A stretch of DNA of 64,000 bases, taken from NCBI GenBank assembly GCA_030390025.1, contig JASTWF010000360.1, positions 310,001-374,000 on the forward strand. Direction: 5' to 3'. The translations under genes were made by a program, and so were the position numbers. Source of the DNA: Squalus acanthias. Its lineage: Eukaryota. The number at the start of each line of letters is the position of its first letter. The stretch's first letter is position 1. This document shows, one piece after another, positions 32,257-43,655 of the stretch. The notes beneath the pieces were generated by a model that made no database searches, had not been told where the DNA came from, and worked only from the letters and a program-made list of their open reading frames with translations.

Positions 32257-33921
32257 TGTAGAATTCGCAATATAATCGCGATTTTATAAATAAGGAGGAG
32301 ACACATAGTTTCGTACAAACAGCTTTATTTCAGCAGAATGCTGTCAGGCTTTCAAAGTGGACACAAGCAGCCTGTAAAATGGCCACCACGCCTCATGGCA
32401 GAACATTCTAGACTTTTTGATAAGCAGACAAGATGGCGTTCCAATAAACATTTGTGCGAGATCGGACAAGACTCAGCACATTTGAGATAATTCACAAGAC
32501 ATAATGGGTTTGCATTTTACACATAAATACTGGAATCGGTCTCCCAGGTGCGAATAAGGGCTATTGTACCAAGCGATCAAGAACCCATCCAAAGACATTA
32601 ATATGCAAAATCCCCACGACTCTACGATGAGAGAGCCGTTTGCGGGTAGTTACAGAGACATTTGGAAGCCCCAAAACCCCTCCAGGGAGAATACTGACCG
32701 GTTACACAATGGGAGAAGTATTAACAGGTACTCAGGCAGTTACAAGTATCACCGAAACCCATTAAACGGAGATCACCCTATACAAGAAGTTTGAGCGCCA
32801 AAACTCTGACAAAAGAAAAGACATTAAGATTGGGCGGGAAAAGAGGACCTTCAGCACTATAACTGTGAGGTACAACCGTCCATCTTTCTCTTATTCTCCT
32901 GCCTCTTGCCGCTTGCATCGTGCCTCTGCCTCTTGCAGCTTTTAAAGACTATCGAACTTTCTGATCCGCCGAGATCAGCCTCGTGGCTTGCCGCGAAGAT
33001 CTGTGTGGAACCGGGCTGTGAAGCCTTGGAATGGGCACACCATCCCGAGAAGTCGGTAAACGGTGTTGGAACCGAAGGCCCGAGATGAGATGAGATGAGG
33101 TGAGATGAGATGAGAAGAGAAGAAGACGACCATACGTATCGCCACGGTCAGTAAGCCCCGACCGCGCCTGTAGGTCGAATAGACACTTTCCTTGCCCAGG
33201 AAGACTATCTTTTGAGTTTTACAGAACTGGCATCGGAAGACCATTCTTCGAGTTTTATCGCATCGGGGCGAGGGCACAGGAAGACTATTCTTTGAGTCGT
33301 ATCGGAATTCCGAGGACAACACAGATCTTCATGACAGCAGACGGTCCAGCCTGCTAGCCGGAGCAGAAACGAGTAAACAAGTGGGGTACAGAGACCCCTG
33401 ATCAACACGTGGGTGATCAGGTGCTGCGGTAAAAACATCCGAGCAGAGTTTTCGGAATTCTCCGAGTTATCACGAGTGGTGAGCATGAGTCTCGATCCTA
33501 CAAATCTAGTTTAGAACAGGTATTGATAGGGGAGGGTTTAAGTTTTAAGGATAACTGTAATGTGTGCCCCCATTTACGATGTGTCGTTCGTTCCTCGTTT
33601 CCCTAAAATTAGTTACATAACTGCGTGTAAGATTGTACTGTCATTAATCTGTGCTTATGACATGTATTTCGTAATCTTGAATAATATGCAATAAAGATTT
33701 TCCATTTCGTACCATTCAACCGGGTCTACCTGAGTTTTCTCTCCATTATTGCTCTCGCATCTAAGTCCAGTGTCAGAACCGTAAGGGCGAGTGGGTCGAA
33801 CCACTCACAGGTGTCTAGTGCTCCCAGACTGGCTGGAGACCAGAACAGGCAACAAGGCCTAACCTCGCACTAGCACCCAGGCTGAGCACAGAGCCACAGG
33901 CGTGTCACAAAAACCCTTACA
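32257..33921 (+). repeat. Inner provirus 3' LTR
   Basis: Direct repeat of 21226-22890, followed by TSD AATG. Confidence 0.97.
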
Positions 33922-35448
33922 AATGTTCTCCACCCGGTACACCGGGGCGGGCTTTGCTGTGTCGCCCAACACCGGCATCCGTACTACTATCCCCATGATA
34001 GTGTGATTTGACCGTCCGCAGTCCACTGGGACTGGGTATGCCTCTGAGGCTAACCTGAGCTGGCACGGGCTTAATGCGTTCTGAAAAGGGTGGAGCGCCT
34101 GCAGGTGTTTGTTGCTTATCCAGGACGGGACCAAACCTTGTTTTAAATCCTCCAAATTACTGCGGCCCTCGCCCAGTAACCACGCCCCGTATAGTACGCA
34201 CACCTCGTTCTGCGCAGCTTGATCGGATGCATTTTGATCTTCCCTGATCAGGGCATTTACCGTTCTCACATGCTTCTCCAGCTCTGCTATAATCTCTTTT
34301 AAGTGTAGTGTCATGGCCTGGTCCTCATGTAACTCAGACCCTACTACCTTGTTCTCGTTTGTGAGGATGCTTTTTAACTGTGTTTTTAAACCGTTGATCT
34401 GGGTCTGCAGCTCCACATTGTCCAGAGCGTTGACCACAGATGTTCCCGTATTAAAAGCAGTGAACACATCGTTCACAACACCCCTTCTTTGTCTCCCCAC
34501 CTGACCCAAAACTTCGTGTGGTGTGGTTTATAAGCTTGTTTTGTCAACCTCTGCAAAATCAAACTCATAAAATTGCCTGAACATGTTTGTTAACAGGACC
34601 TGGTACAATTGTTCCGTTTCTTTGGGGCACCACTCTGGTAAATGCACCTCGGTGAGATTTAGAATCACCGAAGCCACCGCGTAATGTACCCCTTGATATA
34701 GTATCTGATCTGTTGGCACCAGTACCAGACCATTCCCGGGCCCCTTAGTGGTTTTAGGGCACCCTTCCTCCTGAGCCAAAGCCACCGGAATCGTGGGCGG
34801 AGACTTGCGTGGGCGCGTGATGAGTTCAGTGGCGTTTACCGGGATCGGGGAGAATGGAGCTCCGCACCCCCGAGTGCTGACGTCCCACCTCATCCCTTCC
34901 CCGGCATCCTGCCACTGTTGCAGGAAAAATATGGATATACCCTTGGGGCAAACGTACTTCGATCCCCACATACAAACATATATTCCCTCATCCGGTTCCC
35001 ACCATTTGTCCTAACAGACTTTCAATTGTCCGTTAGTCCCCGTAATTGTCCGATGGGTATTGTTACCCAATCGCTCCCACTCGACCGAGGAATTTCTCAT
35101 AGTCTTGCTTAACTTCCGTAACCACCACCATCGGCTCAATGGGACCTTCAAACAAATCCTTTTGCCGACGGTGACGCTGATTCTGGGTGCAATGATCCTC
35201 ACCCTGGGACACAGTAAAGAAGTCTCTTTATAGGCAAATCCGGATGCGCTGGAGTATTCCGTCGAATTCGTTCCCAGCCATCCCGGCCACGTTCCCTTGT
35301 GGAAATAAGTGGCGGTTTCCTCAGCCTCTCGCATCCGTCGCGATGGGGCCGTGTCCCCAGAGCAACCGAACACAACGACATCCTTGGTGAGGCCCCGATA
35401 GGCCAATCCATATCCGATCGTTGCGAGCACTATCAGAATCCTTTCCAT
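33922..35448 (-). pseudogene. env: Outer provirus env, N-terminal part
   Basis: Fragments 35011-35448, 34528-34971 and 33859-34509 align to the inner Env, with internal stops and small deletions. Confidence 0.92.
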
Positions 35449-37053
35449 ATCTCCTGGTTCCTGTGATCAGATAAAATGATGTAGCCAGCCTCCCAAGAGT
35501 CTCTGGCTTTTGTGAAGGGTGAGCGGGTCCCTTGACCTCATCTCACGTACAAAGACATGTATACTGGATAGACCTTAACTATTCCTATCACTAACTCCCA
35601 TCATTTTACCATTTACTTATAAAATTAAACTACAATCTTAACCCAATATTAAAACACTATAAACTTAAACTTTTCCTCCTAAAATAACTGTACAGCGCCG
35701 CCCGTTCCCAGGGCAGCCTACCTAAAGTCTGGACAAGCTGCCACGAGCTTTTCCCCATTGCGGGGGGGCACTGACCCTTGTCTTTGATCCGCCGCAGCCT
35801 GTCGCTCCTGAGCTGGGACTGGGATCTCCCTGGGCTGCCTTGAACTTACGCCTGGGGGTGTACGAGGGATTTGACCACAACTTCCTGGGCTGGGGTGTCC
35901 GACTTGACCTGCGGAGGGCCACCTTGGGCAAGATCTCCAGGACCGACGGACCGGGGACCGGGACTTCCACCGTCACGGCCTGTGGTCCCACCACAGCCGC
36001 CGGCTCTGTCTCCCCTGGCTCCACCCCGCTGGGCTCGGGATCTGCGGTTTCCGACTCCACCCTACTTATTTCTCCAGTAAGTGGAACTCCACTCGCAATC
36101 CCTATCTCCCCTATGCTTGGGTCGAGGGCGGAACCTCCGTCCTCTGACCCCACCACCTCTCCGACCGGGTCCCTACCTTGGTTGAGCTCTCCGAGCTCTT
36201 CCTCATCTGAATCCCAAGAAAAAGAAAAGATCCTACACTTTTCCAGAATGTCCTCTCCCCTCACGCAGGCTGCTTTACTGGCCTGTGTGCCCTGCGGTTC
36301 TACCCGGGGCTGAGAGTCCCCACTCGCAGGTTTGGCCCCTGTGATTGGCCCCTGTGCACCCGGTTTATACAGCTTGCACTGGTTAATGTGGAACCATTTT
36401 GTGCGCCGGGGTACCTTTACGGCATACACCATGGGACTCGCCTTATCTACAATACTGTAGGGTCCCATGTACAGCGGCTCCAAACTCCCTACTCTGGCAT
36501 AGTTCCTAACCATGACCTGATCCCCGACTTCCCACTCCTGCTTCTTACGGGGTTCCAGCAACAGGCAATTGCCCTGGTGCTGTCTTCCCATGTTCCCAGC
36601 CGCCTGCTCGTAAACCTGCTTCAGGCGTTCCAAGAGGGTCTGGACAAACTTGTCCCGTTTCACCTCTTGGAGCTGATCCTCAGTGAGCACCGGGGCTAGT
36701 ACATGTGTGGGGGTTCGCCTGATCCTCCCAGTCATCACCTCGTACGGGAAATACCCCGTACTCTTCGACTGGCTGGCTCGGATTCCCATGAGGACTAGAG
36801 GCAGAACCTCCGCCCATTTTTGGGGCGAGTTCATAGTCTCTTTCCTCAGCTTTTCCTTGAGGGTCCGGTTCATGCGTTCAACAATCCCGGATGACTGGGG
36901 ATTGTGCGTTATGTGCCACTTCCCTTCAATGCCCAAAAGCATGAGGGTGTTCTGCATCACCTGGCCGGTGAAATGACTCCCTTGGTCTGACTCCACGAAA
37001 TGGGGGAGTCCCCACCGCGAGAACACTTCCCGGACCAAGATCTTGGCAGTACC

Positions 37054-38229
37054 TGGATTTTAGTAAGGCGTTTGATAAGGTTCCCCATGGTCGTCTCATG
37101 AAGAAAGTAAGGAGTTGTGGGATAGAGGGAAATTTGGCCGATTGGATAAGTAACTGGCTATCTCATAGAAGGCAGAGGGTGGTGGTGGATGGAACATTTT
37201 CGGACTGGAGACCAGTTACCAGCGGTGTGCCACAGGGGTCGGTGCTGGGTCCTCTGCTGTTTGTGATTTTTATCAATGACTTGGAGGAGGGGACTGAAGG
37301 GTGGATCAGTAAATTTGCTGATGACACCAAGATTGGTGGAGTAGTGGATGAGGTGGAGGGCAGTTGTAGGCTGCAAAGAGACATTGATAGGATGCAGAGC
37401 TGGGCCGAAAAATGGCAGATGGAATTTAACCCTGATAAGTGCGAGGTGATTCATTTTGGTAGGGCAAATTTGAATAAGGATTACAGGGTCAACGGCAGGG
37501 TTCTGAGGAACGTGGAGGAGCAGAGGGATCTGGGGGTTCATATCCACAGATCTCTGAAGGTTGTCATTCAAGTGGATAGAGCAGTAAAGAAGGCCTATGG
37601 TGTGTTGGCGTTTATTAACAGAGGGTTTGAGTTTAAGAACCGTGAGGTTATGCTGCAACTGTACAGGACCTTGGTGAGACCACATTTGGAATATTGTGTG
37701 CAGTTCTGGTCACCTCACTATAGGAAAGACGTGGAAGCATTGGAAAGAGTGCAAAGGAGATTTACCAGGATGCTGCCTGGTTTGGGGGGGAGGTCTTATG
37801 AGGAAAGATTGAGGGAGTTGGGGCTTTTCTCTTTAGAGCGGAGGAGGATGAGAGGCGACTTAATAGAGGTTTATAAGATGATGAGGGGGATAGATAGAGT
37901 GGATGTTCAGAGACTATTTCCTCGGGTAGAGGCAGCTGTTACAAGGGGGCATAACTATAAGGTGCATGGGGGGAGATATAGAAGGGATGTCCGAGGTAGA
38001 TTCTTTACTCAGAGAGTGGTTGGGGTGTGGAATGGACTGCCTGCTGTGATAGTGGAGTCGGACACTTTAGGAACTTTCAAGCGGTTATTGGATAAGCACA
38101 TGGAGCACACCAGAGTGATAGGGAGTGTGATAGCTTGATCTTGGTCTCGGACAATGCTCGGCACAACATCGAGGGCCAAAGGGCCTGTACTGTGCTGTAC
38201 TGTGCTGTACTGTTCTATGTTCTATGTTC
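37054..38229 (+). mobile_element. 5'-truncated CR1 LINE inserted in the outer integrase
   Basis: Open RT-thumb ORF 37098-38138 (GVPQGSVLGP, FADD) and TTCTATG tail. Flanks rejoin as ATALG|TAKILVRE. Confidence 0.95.
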
Positions 38230-41038
38230 TACCCAGCGCCGTAGCTGTTCTACAGGGAAAGGCTTCTACCCACTTGGAAAACACATCCACCAGGACGAGA
38301 CAGTATTTGTAGCCTCCCTGGGTGGTGGGCAGGGGCCCTATGTAATCGATTTGTATCGACTGCCATGGTCCCTCCACCCTCCTGATGTGCCCCATGTGCA
38401 CTTTCCTTTTCTGGGGGTCTGGGTTGTTTGCAGCGCACACAAGACAGCTTGCACAGAACTCGCGGACCTGCTCCCTGAGTCCCGGCCACCATCCCGCCTG
38501 CTCTACCCGTTGCCAGGTAACCTCAGGCCCGGGGTGTCCTGCCCCTGGCCCCTCATGAGCCAGCTGGAGGAATTCCCTCCTGTGCTGCTGCGGCACAACC
38601 CACTGTTCCTCGCGGAACAGCATGCCTTCTTTAACGGAGAGGGTTGCCGTACTGTACGGGCCCTCTACCTGCTTGCCCTCAGTAATCGTTCTGAGAACTG
38701 CTTTTAGGGCGGGATCCTGACTCTGGACGGTCTTAAGGTCTAGGGGCAGTGCTACCCTGGTGTTCCCGGGATTCCCTTCCCTGCCTTGGATCGCTGCCAC
38801 GGGTCCGGGTCCATAGGGGTCCCAGAAAATGCCGTTACGGGCACCCTCCCTGGCTAGCGCATCCGCCTGCTGGTTGCCTTCCCCGCGGGGTTCTGTGGAG
38901 GAGTGAGCTTTCACCTTGTGGATGAAAATCTCCCCTTCCTCCCCCACTGCCGCTAGGATCTTTTCCAGCAAGGGCTTCACCGTTAAAGGTCGCCCGTCCG
39001 TGGAGGTGTAGCCACGGCGGGACCAAATGGCCAGGTATTCCGTACACGAATTGCACATAAACATACTGTCCGAACAAATCTTGTATGGGGTTGGGAAGAT
39101 CTCTGGGTGGGTAACTACATACGCCACCGCAGACAGCTCAGCCTGCTGCGCGCTCATTGTGCTGGGGAGTTTAATTGCCAAGGCAAGGTTTGCCGCAGGG
39201 TCATAAACTCCACACCCTGTGGTCGTTCGCCAGCGGACACTGTGCTGGAACCATCAACATAAATCTCGCGACCTGTGGGATGTATCCCGGCCCGCAAACC
39301 TATGTTGACCTCCCACATCCCTTCAACCGAACACCGATGGGCTGTCCTGGGGTATACCAGGTTGGCCGCGAGCTTGGGCTCGCAAAGACCTTTAACTCTG
39401 AGATCCATCTGGGAAAGGAGAAGGGTCCAGCGCGCAATGCGAGCACTGCTTACGGTCCCATCCTTAATCCTCCCATCCAGAAGCATCTTGGTGGGCGTGT
39501 GATGGGTGAGGAGAGTGATGGGAGAGAGCCCTGTGAAGATCGCTGATCTTTTCACAGCCCAATGCGTGGCTAAAAGATGCCTTTCGCAGTTGGAAAAACT
39601 CCTTTCCACATCCGTTAACACCCTGAATGAATAGACAACCGGCCTCAGCTTGCCGTGACGCTCTTGGAGCAGCACGGCGCTCAAGCTGTCTCCGCTGGCA
39701 GCTACCTCCAGGAAAAACTCCTTCCCCCCATCTATGGCCCCTAAAGCTGGCGCGGTCTGCAGATCCCTTTTTAACTTCTCGAATGCTGCCTGACAACCCT
39801 CGTCCCAAGACCACTCCACTCCCTTATGGAGGAGTCGGAGCAGCGGAGCTGCTGTGGCCGCATAGTCCTCGATGAAGTCTCTACAGTAACCGTTCAGTCC
39901 CAGAAAGGACCTCACACCCGTTATGGTGTTGGGAATCGGTAACTCCTGCACCGACTCCCTCCTAGCCTTATCTATGGCTCTTTCCCCAGCGCGAATGGTC
40001 AGACCTAGGAATTTTACTTCCTGCTGACCGATACGTGCTTTCTTAGGGTTAACTTTAAAACCCTTTCTCGCTAGCAGCTCCAATAACTCGGCCAGCAGTG
40101 GTCCATGCTCCTCCCTTGAGTCTGTGAACAGGAGCAAATCATCCACGTACTGCACTATCTGATTGGGCTGACTAAACTCCTTTAAACTTCCTGCCATACA
40201 CTGATGGAAAATACTAGGGCTGTTGTGGAAACCCTGTGGCAAACAGTTCCATGTGTACTGTTGTCCTTTGAAAGTAAAGGCAAACTTGTACTGGTCCTCT
40301 CGCCGCAACGGGATGGACCAAAAACCGTTCGAGATATCCAGCACTGTGAACGTGGTCGCGGACGCTGGGATACTCCCTATTTGGTCAGCAACTGCTGCTA
40401 CTGTGGGCGCGCAGGCGGGGATGTTACTGTTAAGGACTCTGTAGTCCACCGTGGCCCTCCACGAATTATCCGGCTTCCTTACCGGCCATAATGGGGAGTT
40501 CACGTGTGTGGCTATCGGTCTCAACACGCCCTGCTGCACCAATGAGGACATTGCTGTCTCCATGTCGGGTTCTGCTTCTTTGGGGAAGTTATACTGCTTT
40601 TGGGGCCGGGTCATGGGGTCCCCGTCTACGCTGACCTCAAACCCGGTAACCCTTCCACAATCGTGCTTGTGGGTTGCAAACGCGTGCATATTATCTGACA
40701 CGTACGTCTGCATGTCTGTTGGGACATCCGCAACCATAAGCCCGAGGTCGTAACCTCCGGATGGCTTCATGGTACACAGGGCCCCTTTTCCTTCCTTCCC
40801 TGGGATTACAACTACCTTGCCTTTCCCACCCTTGGCTCCCCAGAGACAGTGATTCCTAAGGTCCACGAGGATCCCGTGTTCCGCTAGGAGATCCGATCCG
40901 AGGATACCTTTGCCACCCCCCTCTTGCCATTTCATCAGGATACACTTCCATGTGGTGTGGAGTGCTCCTAAATGAATGGAGAGCAGAATGGAGAATGCTC
41001 CAGCCTGCTCTTTTCCTGTGAACCCCGCTAATGTGAAT

Positions 41039-41196
41039 CTATTTGATTTCCGGCTCTTCACAGTTCTGACGAAAGGTCATCGACCTGAAACGTTAACTCT
41101 CTTTCTCTCTCCACGGATGCTGCCTGGCCTGCTGAGTTTTTCCAGCGTTTTCTGTTGTTATTTCAGATTTCCAGCATCCGCAGTATTTTGCTATCG
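41039..41196 (+). mobile_element. 158-bp Penelope pLTR-type insertion with hammerhead ribozyme
   Basis: 10-bp TSD TAATGTGAAT (41029-41038, 41197-41206). AGTT-CTGACGA-AGGTC/GACCT-GAAACGTT-AACT. Confidence 0.85.
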
Positions 41197-42361
41197 TAAT
41201 GTGAATGGAACCTTGGTAGACAGTGGTGAGTCAAAGGGGCTATCTGTATGAATCACGGTGCATGAAGCTCCCGTGTCCAACAAGTAACTACCCTTCTGCT
41301 TCTCTACCTCCATCTCTACCAGGGGTCTTTTCCACGCATCATAGCTGAGCAGACACAGGTAGACGGGCTGCGCAGGCTTTAGTCATTGGGTACCGGTGGA
41401 CGGGGTTGTGGCATCTGTGGGGCCGGTAACGACTGCCACTCTCCCATGCGAAATCATAAGAGACCGCATGGCTCCTAACATTGATTCTATCGCATCGGGA
41501 TGGATAGGCACACCAGCTCCTGTCTCAGAGACAGGCGCTTGGGTTCGGACTGCGGGAGCTTTTCCCTGGAATCCTTCCAAGGATTCCTACAGTTTTTACG
41601 CCAGTGACCTGTCTTCCCGCACCCGTAACAAACACTACTGGTTTGTGCGGCGCGATTTCCCTCCTGATGCCACTCTTTCTGAGCCGGAGCTGCGGGCTTT
41701 GCTTCATGCACCTTTCCCTTAACGGGACGCACTCCCATGCTCCTATGGTGAGGTGACTCAGGACAGATTCCTCCGTTGTCTCGGGGTTAGTGGGATCAAA
41801 CCACGCTCTGGCCTGCTCCCTGATGGCTGGCAAGCTGTTGGCTACTATGCACCTGAGCCAATGAGCTTTCCCGGCACCGTCCAGATAGATGCGCTGTGGC
41901 GCACCTGGGCAGCTACGCTGGTATACTGGCCACAGTCTGTCGGCGAAAACCCGCGGGGGTTCTCCCTCCATCTGTACGGTCTGACCCAGTCTGACGAACG
42001 GACCTTCGTCATCCGCCCCTAACACTTCTAGGACCTCGTCCCGTAACTCCCCATAGCTTTTAGTTCCCTTCTTGCTCTCGTCGGAGAGACACTGAAGGAT
42101 CGAGCTATCTAAAGAGAACAGCAACATCTTGGTCTTTTCCTCGTCGTCGCAGCCATTAATCGCTGCGGTCTGTTCTACTTCTCTAAAATGTACGGAAGGG
42201 TCTTCTGACTCGGACAGCTTCCGGACATGGCTAATCATTGCTCTCAGCTGGTGTGAGCTGTGGGGCAATACAAGTTGGTTCAGGATATCCCCGTCTGCCC
42301 CATTTGCCCCATTCGGGCCTCTCTTATGACCTCGGACTGGACACATCGGTCCCGGTCTCGA

Positions 42362-42824
42362 CACTAGGGCAACACGGTGGCATAGTGGTTAGCACTGGTG
42401 CCTCACAGCGCCAGGGACCCGGGTTCGATTCTGGCCTCGGGTGACTGTCTGTGTGGAGTTTGCACATTCTCCCCGTGTCTGCGTGGGTTTCCTCCGGGTG
42501 CTCCGGTTTCCTCCCACAGTCCAAAAATGTGTGGGTTAGGTTGATTTGGCTATGATAAATTGACCCTTAGTGTTAGGGGGGGATTAAATATGTGGGGGTA
42601 CGGGGATAGGATAAGAAGGGATATGTTAGGGGAAATTAAATACGTGGGGTTACGGGGATAGGGTGGGATATGTGTCGGTGCAGGCTCGATGGGGATTCTG
42701 TGTGAGAAAGCAGGGACAGGGTACTGGATTTGGATGATCAGCCATGATCGTATTGAATGGTGGAGCAGGCTCGACGGGCTGAATGGCCTACTCCTGCTCC
42801 TAGTTTCTATGTTTCTATGTTTCT
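42362..42824 (+). mobile_element. HE1-type V-SINE (tRNA head, V domain, CR1-like tail)
   Basis: A box TGGCATAGTGG, B box GGTTCGATTC, V domain GTGTGGAGTTTGCACATTCTCCCCGTG...GGGTGCTCCGGTTTCCTCCCAC and (TTTCTATG)n tail. Confidence 0.88.
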
Positions 42825-43632
42825 ACTACCTCCGGGGATTGTCCTACCTCGGGAACCTTCTTCTCTATTTCCACCACTTCCTCCCTTACCCAGGTTGCCG
42901 AATAGCTGGGTGGCGCGGAGGGCGTAGTGGTTGATACCACTTCTGCTTTTTCCGGTAGGGATTTTGGGAATTCCCTACCTACCTGTGGCTGGCTCACTGA
43001 CCGGCTGATGAGACACACTAAGCCGTTTGCCTTATTCAGGGCCTCTCTTAGGTTCTCTAACTCCCTCTGGCAAACACTGTAGTCGGCTCCCTCATGCCTA
43101 TCCTCGAGAGCCATCTTGTATGCCGCCCTAACTCCCCTCAAGCTTTCTTCCTGGGCCTTTATCTGGTTAGCTAGGCGGGCACACCGTTCTCTAATTCTTC
43201 CCTCGCTTAATTTTGCTTCCGTGACCTGACATTCTAGGTAATCAATCCTAGCCTCGTGGTGATTGGCTACTACTTGGCGTTCCTGATGTAACGCATTCAG
43301 TGATGCAATGAGTCTCTGTCATACCGTAACCTTTTCCTCCATCTCTACTTCTAATTCCCTGATCTGAGCTGCCTGTGCTGCAATGACCTTTTCCGAAAGT
43401 TGGACTTGCTTCTTGTAGCACATCAGCCAGACCGCTTTCTCTACCGACTTCTTATGATCTTTACTACCTGTCCATTTGATGGCGGCGTCTAGCGGACGCC
43501 TATCCATCAGTAGGTCACATATCCACTGTTTGGTTAAGTTAACTTTCCCAAACACATAGGCGGCTACCTTCTCATCCATCACATTTCGCCTATTCAAACC
43601 TGGGTCTAAGACATTACGCTCTTGCTGCCAGG

Positions 43633-43650
43633 GTCCCTTCGTGGTCACCA
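43633..43650 (-). promoter_or_regulatory. Outer primer-binding site, different tRNA-Arg(TCG) isodecoder
   Basis: TGGTGACCACGAAGGGAC matches GTCCCTTCGTGGTCG-CCA with one mismatch, 5 nt from the LTR. Confidence 0.75.
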
Positions 43651-43655
43651 TATTC

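Larger units (their letters stand above)
21226..33921 (+). mobile_element. Inner endogenous retrovirus-like provirus, 12.7 kb, near intact (lokiretrovirus-like)
   Basis: Two 1665-bp LTRs with about 7 substitutions by eye, TSD AATG, PBS, gag, pol, env and PPT. Confidence 0.97.
35722..41382 (-). pseudogene. pol: Outer provirus pol, interrupted by CR1 and Penelope pLTR
   Basis: ORFs 39154-41061, 38222-39181 and 35722-37038 are near-identical to inner Pol; frameshift near 39220. Confidence 0.93.
41383..43651 (-). pseudogene. gag: Outer provirus gag, interrupted
   Basis: Fragments from MVTTKGPW through PSAPPSY and CYGCGKTGHWRKNC to ...TQ*, with frameshifts and a SINE insertion. Confidence 0.9.

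Noticed and set aside
42367..42440. tRNA gene
   Set aside because: The A/B boxes belong to the head of an HE1-type SINE with V domain and LINE tail. The same applies at ~47010-47085.
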